Source of the DNA: a virus
Taxonomy: Duplodnaviria > Heunggongvirae > Uroviricota > Caudoviricetes
DNA length: 64,000 bases
IMG/VR virus record: IMGVR_UViG_3300029841_000001
Location: 64,001 to 128,000 of that record
Strand: one strand, 5' to 3'
The notes beneath the pieces are model-generated. The model saw only the letters and a program-made list of their open reading frames with translations, was not told where the DNA came from and searched no databases. A program made the position numbers and the translations under genes. Shown here one piece after another: positions 8,863-20,359 of this stretch. Each line of letters opens with the position of its first letter. Position 1 is the stretch's first letter.

Positions 8863-10005
8863 TTATTCTTCCTCCATCATCTGCTTTACCGCTATACGAA
8901 AAATAGACAGTAAAGATTTACTATCATTGATGATATTTTTCTTCGATGCAGATTTACTTCCATACTTATTTATGTATCTTGTTTCTCGATTCTTCCAAGA
9001 AATTTTCTTAATTGTATCCATTCTTGCGTACACAAGTTTGTATGTAACACAACCTGCGTTACTCTTATCATTATATTTCTTAATCAGGGGTATAATGATT
9101 TTATCTGTCAAACATTCATTTTCTTTCGCTTCTGATTCAGAAATAAGATCATATAATACAGCTTCAAAAATTGATCTGTAAATGTCTTTTCCATATATAA
9201 TATCTAATGTTGGCGCACTGTTCCCATTCTGAGTAACATAATCTTTATGCTCTTGTTCCCAAACTATTCCATAATTCTTTGTCATGTATTTGTAGAGATA
9301 TTTCAGACAATCGTTTCTTTTTGTAAATCTTCCAACTGATATTAGCTGATCCATCATAGAGTATAGATTCTGTTTCCATTTAATCAGATCATCTTCTACA
9401 ACTTCTTTTAAGTTATTCTTTTGTGGAATACTTTTAGTATTCTTTAGTGCATTTATTTCTGATTTAAGATCAAGAATAATATTAGCAAGCTTTCCCATAT
9501 CAGAATATTGTTTATCAATCTTATCATTGATCACTTGAAAGCTTTCTGTGTAATCTTTCATTCCAGGAAGTTCCAACTGTAAAATATTTGATTGCGGAAC
9601 CATTGCAGATTCTTGTTTCTTCAAAAATGCGGAAGCAAGAACATCTTTTGCTTTTAACTGATATGTTATAAGTTTTTCCACAAGTTCAGGATTATTTTCT
9701 TTCATCTTCGGAGTAATGGAAATCTTTGCTAACCATAATGGCAAATAGTCTAATTCTATACATAAAACTTCTTGATTCCCACCATTTGTAGGGAGGACGA
9801 AATTTCGTCCACCTTTAGAAAGCACTAAATCTTCCCTTAACCGCTTACGTTCATTCTTAATCTGACCTTCACTAAGACCAATTCCATCACAAATCCACTT
9901 TACACCAACCCAAATTATATTATTAATATCTTGTGCAGCTTTTATAGTCGCACCATTAAATTCTATATCTCTTACTGTTAATCCGTTCATATGTATTTCC
10001 TCCAT
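8863..10005 (-). CDS. Phage antirepressor with P22_AR N-terminal domain
   Basis: IEFNG...IWVGVKWICDGIG...QEVLCIELDYLPLWLAKI. Confidence 0.85.
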   Translation of the reverse strand: MEEIHMNGLTVRDIEFNGATIKAAQDINNIIWVGVKWICDGIGLSEGQIKNERKRLREDLVLSKGGRNFVLPTNGGNQEVLCIELDYLPLWLAKISITPKMKENNPELVEKLITYQLKAKDVLASAFLKKQESAMVPQSNILQLELPGMKDYTESFQVINDKIDKQYSDMGKLANIILDLKSEINALKNTKSIPQKNNLKEVVEDDLIKWKQNLYSMMDQLISVGRFTKRNDCLKYLYKYMTKNYGIVWEQEHKDYVTQNGNSAPTLDIIYGKDIYRSIFEAVLYDLISESEAKENECLTDKIIIPLIKKYNDKSNAGCVTYKLVYARMDTIKKISWKNRETRYINKYGSKSASKKNIINDSKSLLSIFRIAVKQMMEEE

Positions 10006-10082
10006 GTATAAATTATTTCACTTGACTACTTATATTTTTCTCTGACCACCTCCACATTTTCATCAAGCTTGAAAACTGGTTT

Positions 10083-10361
10083 TCATCTACTATTTTCAAC
10101 CATATCAAAAATTTCATTCCAATCAGAATAATTTTTCAATTTTTCCTGCGGAACTAATAATTCATATTCTGATTCAATTTCTTCTCGTGATCCATATCCA
10201 TTAGAACTAGGAACGCTGCCAATTTCATAGGCATTATGTCTTTCCATTTGTCTAAAAATAACAGTGCTTTTATCTACCAGTTTTCCCATATGTGTAGCAT
10301 AACTATCAATTTGAATAATTGAATTATCTTTTTTATTTACATATACATCTCCAATTTTCAT
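10083..10361 (-). CDS. Hypothetical protein
   Basis: Stop codon lies within the repeat at 10070. Confidence 0.7.
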   Translation of the reverse strand: MKIGDVYVNKKDNSIIQIDSYATHMGKLVDKSTVIFRQMERHNAYEIGSVPSSNGYGSREEIESEYELLVPQEKLKNYSDWNEIFDMVENSR

Positions 10362-10368
10362 ATTGTTT

Positions 10369-10923
10369 CTACTCCTTAATTACAACATTATTTCCAAATA
10401 CTTTTCTTATTTCTTCCATCGTTACATATCGTACAGGTTCTATATTTCCATCTACATTTATGGCTACTGGATAATATGGATAATCATCACAGTCATTATC
10501 ATCAACCCATCCACCACCAAAATGAGCAACAATTTCTTTGATAATTTCTACACTTGATCCATAATAACTAAGAGATATAAATGTAGTTTCTGATCTTACC
10601 ATATCATCTAATCCATACTCTGCATAATACTCAGAGTTTTCGTAGCTATTAATATTTTCATAATTGTAGAATAAAGCTCTTTCTTCTCCGTTGTATTTAA
10701 AAATAATAAACCCATAATCTGTATACCAATTATAGCGATCATCACAGTTATCATTGATTTTAAAATTCCAATTACACATTGAAATAGGTTTGTAGATATG
10801 CTTACTAACTCCATTCTTTGCATTTATATCCCATTTTTGTCGAATAAAATTAACTATATTTTCAGGTCTAATGTGACCTTTAATTCTTCCATATGTATCA
10901 CATCCCATATCGTTTCCCTCCAT
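10369..10923 (-). CDS. Hypothetical protein
   Basis: ORF; likely start MGCDTYG after GGAGG. Confidence 0.75.
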   Translation of the reverse strand: MEGNDMGCDTYGRIKGHIRPENIVNFIRQKWDINAKNGVSKHIYKPISMCNWNFKINDNCDDRYNWYTDYGFIIFKYNGEERALFYNYENINSYENSEYYAEYGLDDMVRSETTFISLSYYGSSVEIIKEIVAHFGGGWVDDNDCDDYPYYPVAINVDGNIEPVRYVTMEEIRKVFGNNVVIKE

Positions 10924-11086
10924 GAAATTCTCGTTCTATTATATTATACTAACAACTGTCTTTTTCACATATTTTTCATTGATTAATTGCATAGAAATTC
11001 TCCTAAGAAAAATAACCCACACTACGAATCAAATTAGCACATAGACAGCCACACAACCTAAAATATAAGCCATTATTCTACGCCTC

Positions 11087-11644
11087 CTAATAATAAATTT
11101 CACTTGTTATATGTACTGTGGCATAGTATGTTCTGTTTATTTCCTTTGCAATTTCTTTATTTCCCATGCCTTTACGCATCATTCCTTTGATTGCTGCTTT
11201 CTCAAAATCAGTTATCCTATTCCTATGTCGTTCTGGTTTACCATTGTCTTTCTTCCATTCATAGTTAATCCAGGATGGCTCTGGAAATAATGTTTCTCTT
11301 TCATATTTCTTCCAGTTGATTATATCCTTGTGATTTTCAGCCCATTTCCAAAACTCTACAGGATCAATAGAATATCTCGTTTGATTATCCAGCTCAACTT
11401 TTTTACACGGAAGATCAAATTTATCAATCCATCTCAGAATAACTCTTATATCCGAATGAAAGCATTTTGCAAGTGTTTTTGCACTAATCTTTTCTCCATA
11501 ATAGTTGTTTAATCCAAGTTTTCTTGCCTTACCTTTTACGGAAGGAATACTTCTATTTAATCTTTTTGCTGTTGTTTCCACTGATTGTTTTAAGTATCTG
11601 TTGTTGAGATATTTTACTTCCTTATCTGTCCATTCTCTTCTCAT
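11087..11644 (-). CDS. Multi-HTH (Myb/SANT-like) DNA-binding protein
   Basis: WTDKEVKYL...AKRLNRS...KARKLGL plus a C-terminal EIAKEINRT HTH. Confidence 0.7.
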   Translation of the reverse strand: MRREWTDKEVKYLNNRYLKQSVETTAKRLNRSIPSVKGKARKLGLNNYYGEKISAKTLAKCFHSDIRVILRWIDKFDLPCKKVELDNQTRYSIDPVEFWKWAENHKDIINWKKYERETLFPEPSWINYEWKKDNGKPERHRNRITDFEKAAIKGMMRKGMGNKEIAKEINRTYYATVHITSEIYY

Positions 11645-11904
11645 TACTCCAACTCCTGCGTTTCAAACACCTTATAACACTGTATAACTTTATGTGAAAA
11701 CTTATCTCTAATTTCATATCCATCGGAAACTTTCTTATAATAGATACGATTTTCCTCACCTTCAATAAACGCTTCTACACGTTCTTCTGCGTCTTTCCAA
11801 GCTTCTTCTGATGTATTCCATAGAATTGCTGTACCAACAAAATCTGATGTGATACAAGCGCATATATAACACGTTCTCTTTACATTCCATTCTTTTTCAT
11901 TCAT
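11644..11904 (-). CDS. Hypothetical protein
   Basis: ORF with RBS. Confidence 0.65.
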   Translation of the reverse strand: MNEKEWNVKRTCYICACITSDFVGTAILWNTSEEAWKDAEERVEAFIEGEENRIYYKKVSDGYEIRDKFSHKVIQCYKVFETQELE

Positions 11905-12275
11905 TTTGTTATCTCCAATAAACTCTCCGATTTATTTAATTTTTCTTCCAATTAAATATAACGTTTTATCTAAATCTTTCTTATTGAATACAACAATATC
12001 TGTGCTATCACTTGATATATCATCTGGACACCATTCAATATCACTTGATTCCATAATGTCTATTTCTCTTTTTGTTAAATTTTCAATAATATATTCCATT
12101 GTATTATCTCCATATAATTTTATTCACCTATGTAATATTTCCTTCAACCATACATTAAAATTGAAGTTCTCCATATTTTCTTCTCTTTCCGTATAGTTCC
12201 CGTTATAATTACGGAAACAATTTCCAGAATCACGTTTATCCTTATCCCAATGTTCTACATATTTATTTGTGCCTT

Positions 12276-13533
12276 TCATTCTTTCTTCACCTCTTCCATG
12301 AGATATGCCAATCCTTTACTATAGTGACGATTGAACCAATCATATACAGTATTCTTGTTAGTTCCTTTTGGAAATGCATACCACGCAGCTTTAAGATTTC
12401 CGTTGCGGTCAACAGGAATACTCTGAAATTCCTTCCATAATACTTCTACATTTTTGTCAATCGTATCCTGTAATGTTGGTTCTGGCATTTTCGGTTCTTC
12501 GTTTTCTGTTACGATATTTGTATTTTTCATATGTATTCCATGTTCCTTTCTACAAATTAATTGGATTTCCATCTGTATCATATTTAATTGGTTCTATATG
12601 CGCTACATATCCAATGCCTGATTTCTTGTCATAAATTTCCATTGTGCCACCTACTGCAAACTCAAAAGAGTATCTTTCATCATTACTTTCGATCAAATCA
12701 ATTAAATAATTTACTAATCCATTGATATTTCTTGCTTCTTCTTTCTGTTTTTCAATTCTATTCATCGTTTTCTTCTTTCTTAATATAATTTATGAAAAGT
12801 ATCAATAATTTCCTGGTGCAATCGTTTTCTATCTTCAAGTTCTTTTCCTTTGTATAACTCCATTCCGTGATCTGCACTTGTAACATAATGTTCTCCATCA
12901 TTACGAATATACACATCTATTTCTTCAATTCTTTTATTGTCTAATCTCATTTTCATATAAATATGCGTTCCATGTGTATGTTCTTCTAATTTAATAGCCA
13001 TAATTCGCACCTCTTTAATATTCTTTACACAAATCCATAATCGTATCTACTAAATTCAATGGTGAATCAATTCCATATCCGCTTAACATATCGAATGATT
13101 CTCCGCTAAACGTATATACCAGATCACAATAATGATTCCACTCATTGCCATCTTGTGCGAAGGTAATTTCTAAAGAAATATTATCTGTTAAGTCAAATTC
13201 CCATATCTGTTCTTTAAATGTCTGTGGCTTATTTCCTTTACCGTTCCAAAATGTAGGGTTCATTTCTTTAAAGAAATCATTCACAATATTTTCTGCTTTT
13301 TCTCTTGTCATAATATTTCCCTCGCTGAAATCATCAATTCATCAAAGTCCTAAAATCATCAATGTGAATGCTATTATCAACATTATAAATGATAAGCAAA
13401 ATAGACATCCTCTAATCATACGCTGTTTTATTTCCTTTTTTGGTAAACAAAGCCCTATGTAAAAAATCACAAAACTAATTATTGCACTTGAAATACTTCT
13501 CATATCATGTCCTTTCCTTATCTGATAATACAT
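12276..13533 (-). CDS. Cluster of five small hypothetical genes (12276-12581, 12550-12765, 12780-13010, 13015-13311, and membrane peptide 13342-13533)
   Basis: Tightly packed co-oriented ORFs with RBSs. Confidence 0.65.
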
Positions 13534-13610
13534 TCTCCTAATGTAATTTCTTTAATCTTATATTCAATCCAATTATCTTCTAACATATATACTTTCATAA
13601 CTCATTCTCC

Positions 13611-13823
13611 TTATACTCTCTTATTCCACGCATCAATTAATCCATGTGGTGACTGATCGTACCCTCTATCAATCCCAGCCATACAGTTACAACAATAGAT
13701 TTTCCATCTTTTACCAGATGTATGTTCATATTCTTCTAAAACAATATCCTCTGATTCTCCACAAAACGGACAATGTTTTACTTTAATATCCTTATGTAAT
13801 TTGTTTGCTTTAATGATATTCAT
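13611..13823 (-). CDS. Lar-family restriction alleviation protein
   Basis: CPFCG...CxxC...AWNKR signature. Confidence 0.75.
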   Translation of the reverse strand: MNIIKANKLHKDIKVKHCPFCGESEDIVLEEYEHTSGKRWKIYCCNCMAGIDRGYDQSPHGLIDAWNKRV

Positions 13824-13835
13824 ATTTCCTACCTC

Positions 13836-16279
13836 TTAATGATACAATTTATCAATAGTATTCTGGCATTCATTCCATGATTTAACATATTTCTCATGCA
13901 ATTCAACAAATTTATCCCAGTCTAAATTCTGCATTAATGACTCATAAGCATAATATTCTCCCATTAAATATTCTATATTGAGAATATTTGTTTTATCATT
14001 TCCATCTTTGACTTTCTTTGCATATTCCAATGCCATTTCTATAACTTCTGAAATTTTGCTTTCCAGTTCTTCAATAAATTTCTCTTTATTCATAATATCT
14101 TCCACCTTTCTGAAACTCTTGTTTCAATCTAATTTACCAAGTGCAGATTCTAATGTATTAAATTTGTCCTTTATATTTACATTTTCATTGAAATTATTCA
14201 TTATGTGCAAAAATGCACTTTCTGCATCTATATATCTTCTGCTAAACCTTTCATGCGTCCCTATCTTTTTACCTGATACAGAATATTTATATGGTGAATA
14301 AATATTTTCCTCTCTTCTAAATATCAATTCCCATTCACTTCCGTAAAATGTAGTGTGTCTAAACATAACACATTGACCTTCTTTCCATGAATCACATTCT
14401 CTAATTGTATTTAATACAAATTTTTTGTTCATAATATTTTCTCCGATTTATAATACTTGTTTCATTGCTACTCACATTCTATTCTAATTCTTGAGCCAAC
14501 AAAAAACCAATTCTTAGGCTGACTTCTCCATGAATTAGGAGCAGCTTCTTTATGTTTATTGTCATATCCGATCAATAAATTATTTCTATCCAATGAATTA
14601 ATAACTCTTCCATTAATCTTATAATCATAAATAGGTAAATAATTTTTTTCACCTATTTTATGAATGATAAACCGTATTCTCCAAAAGTCATTAACATATC
14701 GTAAAAACACATTTCCTTTGCCGTATTTTGATTCTAAACGTTTATATTCTTCTATTAATTCATTCTGTTTTGGTGTAAGTTTCATATTTTCTTCCTCCAA
14801 TTCTCAATTTGAAATATCTCTTTCATTTTTACTAATTATTATATGTATTTAAAACTCTATTCTTAATTCTTCATCATAATCTATGATATACTTTTCCGCA
14901 TCTTTATAGCTATGTACTACCACTACATCTTCATATGTTTCACTGTTCTGTACAACAATATCCATTTCCGATACTTCCCAGATTTCAACATTATCTCCAC
15001 AAATTTCCTGTACAGCGTACTCTGTAACTTGATACATCGTTCCTGTACTTGCAGAAAACTCATTGATTTTCGTTTTATACTGGTACAGTGCTTTAATTGC
15101 AGCTCCTAAATTATCAAATGTTTTAATCACTTCCGGTTCTTCATCGTACTCTGTACATCCTGGAATGATATTAAAACGATCATTCCATTTAACTTCCGCT
15201 GTTCTCTTCACGATCTCAAATCTATTCATTTTATTTTCCTCCTAACACGTTTTATTTAAACGTTCAATCGGCATACGGAAACATTGTTCTGTATGCCTAT
15301 CAACATTCAAATTATGATAAGATCATCCATATAATAAAACCTATAATGATATAACCTGCTAAACAACCTAATAAGTACGCCATTGGTATCCCCTTCTTTC
15401 TCTTTCTAATAAAAATAGCCTTGTAGATATATTCTCTACAAGGCTATAAAAGATACATTTCATTCATTATTATTACGAATTTTATCAATATACCATTCTA
15501 TTGACATAGAATTTTTTTGACGTTCTGACTCATCAAAAATTTGTATAGCAATTTCATTTGCTTCTTCATGTGAATATCCTTTTCTTTCTATCATCTTTGT
15601 AGCTTTCACAACATTATTATATGTTCTTTTTTTCATATACAATCACCATCTTACATTCCAACTGACTTCCAAAATAAATCAAATGCCTTTTCCATCTCTT
15701 TTTGTCCTTCAATATTTGAATTTTTATTGTTTTTGTTTTTTATAACATTATCTATATGACTTATTTCTCCCCAATAATACTCATTTTGTAAATGATTAGG
15801 TAATTTGATCTGATCAGAATAAGATAACGGTATAATTTTGTATCCTTTATATAAATATACTTTATTTATACTGTCCCATTCAACAAATTTTCTCCATCCT
15901 CTACTCCAATTATCCATTTATTATTAACCTCTCAATTACATTCATTCTATTATACCTACGGTTTATAATCAAATTCCACTAAACCACCACTATCCATCAC
16001 AAATGCCTGTGCAGCTTCTGTATATGTCCCATCAAAATTTCCATTCTCTGTATCATAATCACTAACATGATTTCCAATTTCTTCTTCATAGTATGAAAAT
16101 ATCATTGTGATAAGATTTTCCATATCTGTTTTCGGTTCATATCCCTGTTCCCTAATCCACGCAGCCATATAATCATAATCACACCATTTTTCTTTTGGAT
16201 ATGTACTATAATCTTTTTCTTCTGTCCATCTTCCATATGTATCAACCATATTTATTTCCTCCATTCTTCCATTATGCAA
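13836..16279 (-). CDS. Cluster of small hypothetical genes (13836-14105, 14124-14432, 14468-14800, 14849-15229, 15460-15642, 15651-15917, 15956-16279)
   Basis: Co-oriented ORFs, several delimited by the 16-bp repeat. Confidence 0.65.
15412..15447 (-). terminator. Intrinsic terminator abutting the repeat at 15447
   Basis: ATAGCCTTGTAGA...TCTACAAGGCTAT stem with U-tract on the minus strand. Confidence 0.65.
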
Positions 16280-17471
16280 CTTTCATTAATTTATTAATTC
16301 TTTCTTCTACATCATTACCATTGATATCAATACTATTGATATTAACAGGTAATACCAGATAGGTAAAATCTCCATCGTATGCCATAACAGGAGATTTAGC
16401 ATTACGAAAACCCATTCTCGCAAATTCTGTATCAATTTCAGAACACAATTCTTTAATAAATAATGGATTGAATGCTATCATAAATTCTTCGGATACTGAA
16501 TTATTTGATACTGAAATTTTATCAAACGATTCTCCTTCTTCTGTAGCCATATAAGACATGATATTATTTCCAATAAATTTCATGACCATTGGTTTTTTAG
16601 AATCTTTTCCATGAAAAGAAATATTATATTCTGCTGATTCATTTAATTCTGATGTATTTACATTCACCATCATTAAATCCGATTCTGATAAAAGGATTTT
16701 ATCAACATCAAAATACATGATATCTGATTCTCTAACGATCATTTTAAAATCATTTCCAACGATATACGTTTTCTTATCTTTACTTGCAATAGATATGATA
16801 TTCTGTTCACCTTTAGACTCTTTTGCAATACAGTTCTTTAATTTAATCCAAACTTCACGATTTAAATTAACTTCTTTAACATCTGAATCAATATTAAAAG
16901 TTCCTACTTCATTTGACGGTTTACACATTCCAAGTCTATGACCATCAAGTGCTGTAATGCGATTTTTATTAGCATTAAAATTATAATAAGTCATTGCTTT
17001 ATTATATTCATCTGAATCTTTAAGATAGACATATAATTTTTCCATCATATTGAAAAATTCCAGATAGTTTGATGTAAAGAATTTTTCTTCTGGTTCTTTA
17101 ATATCTTTCATTAATGGAAAATCTTCCGCTGCATCCCACATCGAAGGAAACGTTACAATCTTCTTTCCAGTGCTAACTAATACATTTTTATGTTCTGAAT
17201 CGTATGTTATAGTGAGAAGATCGGATTTAAGTTTTATGATTTTCTTTAAGTTGTCCAGTTTAATACAGAAAGAATCGTTTCCGGTAACAAGAACATTCTT
17301 ATAAATATGCAGCTCCTCTTCTATATTGTTTGCAATAAATGCAAGCTGATCATTTTCCTGTTTAACAAGTACCGTTTCCAGAATTGAAAGTGCAGCTTTC
17401 TTCGTTACTGACTTTTCGATTTTCTTAACAACATCTTTCATTTCCTTCATAGCAATCTCAAATTTCATCAT
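16272..17471 (-). CDS. DNA polymerase III beta sliding clamp homologue
   Basis: AALSILETVL, EDFP, TALDGHRL, IAFNPLFIKE and LVLPV match DnaN motifs; 399 aa. Confidence 0.8.
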   Translation of the reverse strand: MMKFEIAMKEMKDVVKKIEKSVTKKAALSILETVLVKQENDQLAFIANNIEEELHIYKNVLVTGNDSFCIKLDNLKKIIKLKSDLLTITYDSEHKNVLVSTGKKIVTFPSMWDAAEDFPLMKDIKEPEEKFFTSNYLEFFNMMEKLYVYLKDSDEYNKAMTYYNFNANKNRITALDGHRLGMCKPSNEVGTFNIDSDVKEVNLNREVWIKLKNCIAKESKGEQNIISIASKDKKTYIVGNDFKMIVRESDIMYFDVDKILLSESDLMMVNVNTSELNESAEYNISFHGKDSKKPMVMKFIGNNIMSYMATEEGESFDKISVSNNSVSEEFMIAFNPLFIKELCSEIDTEFARMGFRNAKSPVMAYDGDFTYLVLPVNINSIDINGNDVEERINKLMKVA

Positions 17472-17585
17472 TGTTCTATCTCATTTATGTATGTGTATAT
17501 TCTTATATGTATTTATTCTCCAAAATTTTCCACTAAAAAAGGAAGTCTTATAATTGACTTCCTTCAATAGTTCTCTGTTATTCTG

Positions 17586-20359
17586 TTACATTCCATAGAA
17601 AACACTTTCTTTCCTATATCTATCTCTTTCAAAATCTTCCTGGACATAGTTCCATCTTATAGCGTTCTCTATATCGTTTAATTCGTCTATAGACAGCTTT
17701 TTGTTTCCGTTCCATATGTAAATAGGATCAACTGTAAAACGTATGTATTCAAGCGGTAAATCGTATTTTTTCGCTAGCATCTTATAGAATTGTCGTTTGT
17801 TCATACGATAATCACATCCTCTATTGATTCTCTAACTTTCTTACAAACAAGGTGAAATGCTGACGGATAATCAAACCTTGACAAGTTCACATCATTGTCA
17901 ATTCTTTTAAATGTTTCCGCTGTCATTCTGATTCCTTCTATTTCCAATTCTTTTTTAGCATCTTCAAATAAATCTTTCTTACTTTTTAGATATCCAGATA
18001 AATCCGTATACCACACAAGATTGTTAATGTTTTTGTGATGCCTAGAAACAACAGGATCGTCCCAATTAAGAACATATCTGTTATATGATTCCATTACAGA
18101 TTTAATCTGTTTTGGTGCTTCTATTCCTTTTCTTTTGCTGATTTCCGCTCTTGCATCTTCAAATTTAATCATAGTTTAAACCCTCCCTATAAAGCTGTTT
18201 CTTCCTATTATAATGCATTTTGTTTAGCTGCTCAAGCGGTACACCGAATTTATTCCGTGTACCTATCAACAGTCAAACATTGTTGTATAAACGGTCAATC
18301 GTTCTCATTATTTCCATCATTAAACCATATTCTGTAAGATTATCAACAGAAATAACAGAGGACTTTCCATTAACCGTGACAAACACACCATCTGATTCTT
18401 CTGAACACGTCACGGTTACTCTGTTTCCGTTTGTGTACGGATTTGATTCTAACATTTCATTCATCTTTGTGATCCATTCCATTCTTATTTCCTCCTGTTA
18501 AAATGTGAATTTCATTTATAATACTTTCCAACCTATACCACATTTACAAACTTTTATGCCGTATTTATCACAAAACTTTTTAACATTGCTATTTATAAAT
18601 TCTGGTTTATTTTTTAGATTTTCCAGCACGTTTACAAGTGTTCTTATATCATAAACAGATAAATTAAATCCTTTAATTTTTTCTCCATTCAATAGCTTAT
18701 TAACATCATTATTAATTTTATCATGTTGTTTCTTCGTCATGGTTTTATTTCCTCTCTATAACATATCCGAAAATTCTTTCATTTTTGGATGATGAAATCC
18801 GATTGCAACTAAAGTATAATAAATACCTTCTGAATAGGATATTGCATCCTGAAACTTCCGTAAATATGTTTCTGTTGATGCATAATCACCTTTTTTCATG
18901 CAACGCTCGTATGCTTTCCAATCGTCAATTGTGTTCCTGTGTTTTCTGATAGCTTCATCAAGAATCTTTTCCGCTTTTGTTTTCTCTGTATTTGTCATGA
19001 TTTCTATTCCTCCTGTTCTATATATTTAATAGCATCCGAAACATTTGCAAAATCTTTATAGTTTGTTTCCATATCTCCATCTTTTCCTATTTCTTCAATA
19101 GCCATTGTATAACCGTCATTAGACTGATATATGAAATAGTGTTTATTTCCTTCATAAAAAATCGTATGATTATCAATAATATGTAAATTTTCAATATCCA
19201 TTATGTTTCCCCATGAAATTGTACTTTTATCGGTTTTTATAAATAACCTATCGAAAGAATATCTTCCAGTTCTTCAACAGCTTCCCATTGTGTATTCCAT
19301 GCTCTACAGATCACACCAGAAGCCCATATAAGAAAGTATTTTCCGTCATGCTCTATGTTTCCGCATGGAAAAATATCCGTGAAATAAAGCTTTCCAGGAT
19401 ATAAAGCAGTAACTTTCTTTGCTAGTCTTTCCATTTTCTTTCTCATGATAAGTATTCCTCCATATCAATTCTAAACTCTGACCATAACAGAATCGAAAAA
19501 TCTGGATCAGCTTTGCAGTATTCCAGTAAAAACTTTTCATTGCTGCATGGGGCAAGATCGAAATGTAATGATTCTCTGATAGAATCATCCATATATGTTG
19601 AGATCGTTTCCATTAACTTACTATCAATAAGTCTTTTCATGTTCTTCCTCTCACTTTCTGCGATATACTTCAACTGGTTTCCGTTCTGATGCTTCTAATC
19701 TATCAATCATGCGATAGATTGCTTTATTTAATTCTCCTTTTCTAATTCTCATATCAGAAAAGCTTTCCTGTGATGCTGTCACGGTATAGCCGTTTCCGTT
19801 CTCATTAATATGTATATTAATTCTCATATAGCTGCACCTCCTAACATCCTTTAGAAAGCCAGTCCAGGAGCATCCAAACCGGCAATCCTCCAAAAATCAG
19901 GAAGAAAGCGGTATACTTTGCAACTGCTTCCAGACCGCCCGTGATAGTATCTTTGATTGCTTTCTTATAACGATCTTTCATAGTTTCTTTCCATTCTGTT
20001 TCCGTCATGAGTATGTTTTTCATGTTCTTTTCCTCCCTGTTTAATATGCTAAATCATTATGTAAGTGTGCTAAATGCCATTATAAGCACTATAAAAGGCA
20101 CGACTGTTAATTACTGCGGTCATGCCCTATTTAGTGATTATAAGGTTGTTTTATCTTCTGTGTTTTTCCCGTATGGGTTTATAAAATCGCTCTGAATATC
20201 ATTGTTTTTTATGTAGTTATATATATTTAGAAGCATGATAAAATCACCAGGACTAATTGTTGTTATGTTTCCGTTTCCATGTGTGACAGTTACGCTTTTA
20301 TCGTGTGTTTTCTGTTCAAGTGTTACTTTTCCACAGTTATTTACGTCAAATGTGATCAT
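17586..20359 (-). CDS. Cluster of ~11 small hypothetical early genes
   Basis: 60-123 aa co-oriented ORFs with RBSs and overlapping stop/start codons. Confidence 0.65.

Larger units (their letters stand above)
243..19229. repeat. Dispersed 16-bp inverted repeat TRAAA-N6-TTTYA at gene junctions (~18 copies)
   Basis: Strict copies start at 662, 5069, 6279, 6711, 7133, 7581, 8698, 10070, 14111, 14810, 15447, 18499, 19214; degenerate copies at 243, 5665, 10923, 13326, 14449. Confidence 0.88.

Noticed and set aside
6132..12171. Weak repeat-like matches at 6132 (TATAT-CACAAA-TTTCA), ~8853 (half site) and 12156 (TAAAA-TTGAAG-TTCTC)
   Set aside because: Two or more mismatches or inside coding sequence; compatible with chance, so not counted.
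243..19229. Interpreting the junction repeats as a CRISPR array or classical attC sites
   Set aside because: Spacing is gene-sized and irregular, no cas genes are present, and there are no RYYYAAC/GTTRRRY boxes or long attC hairpins.
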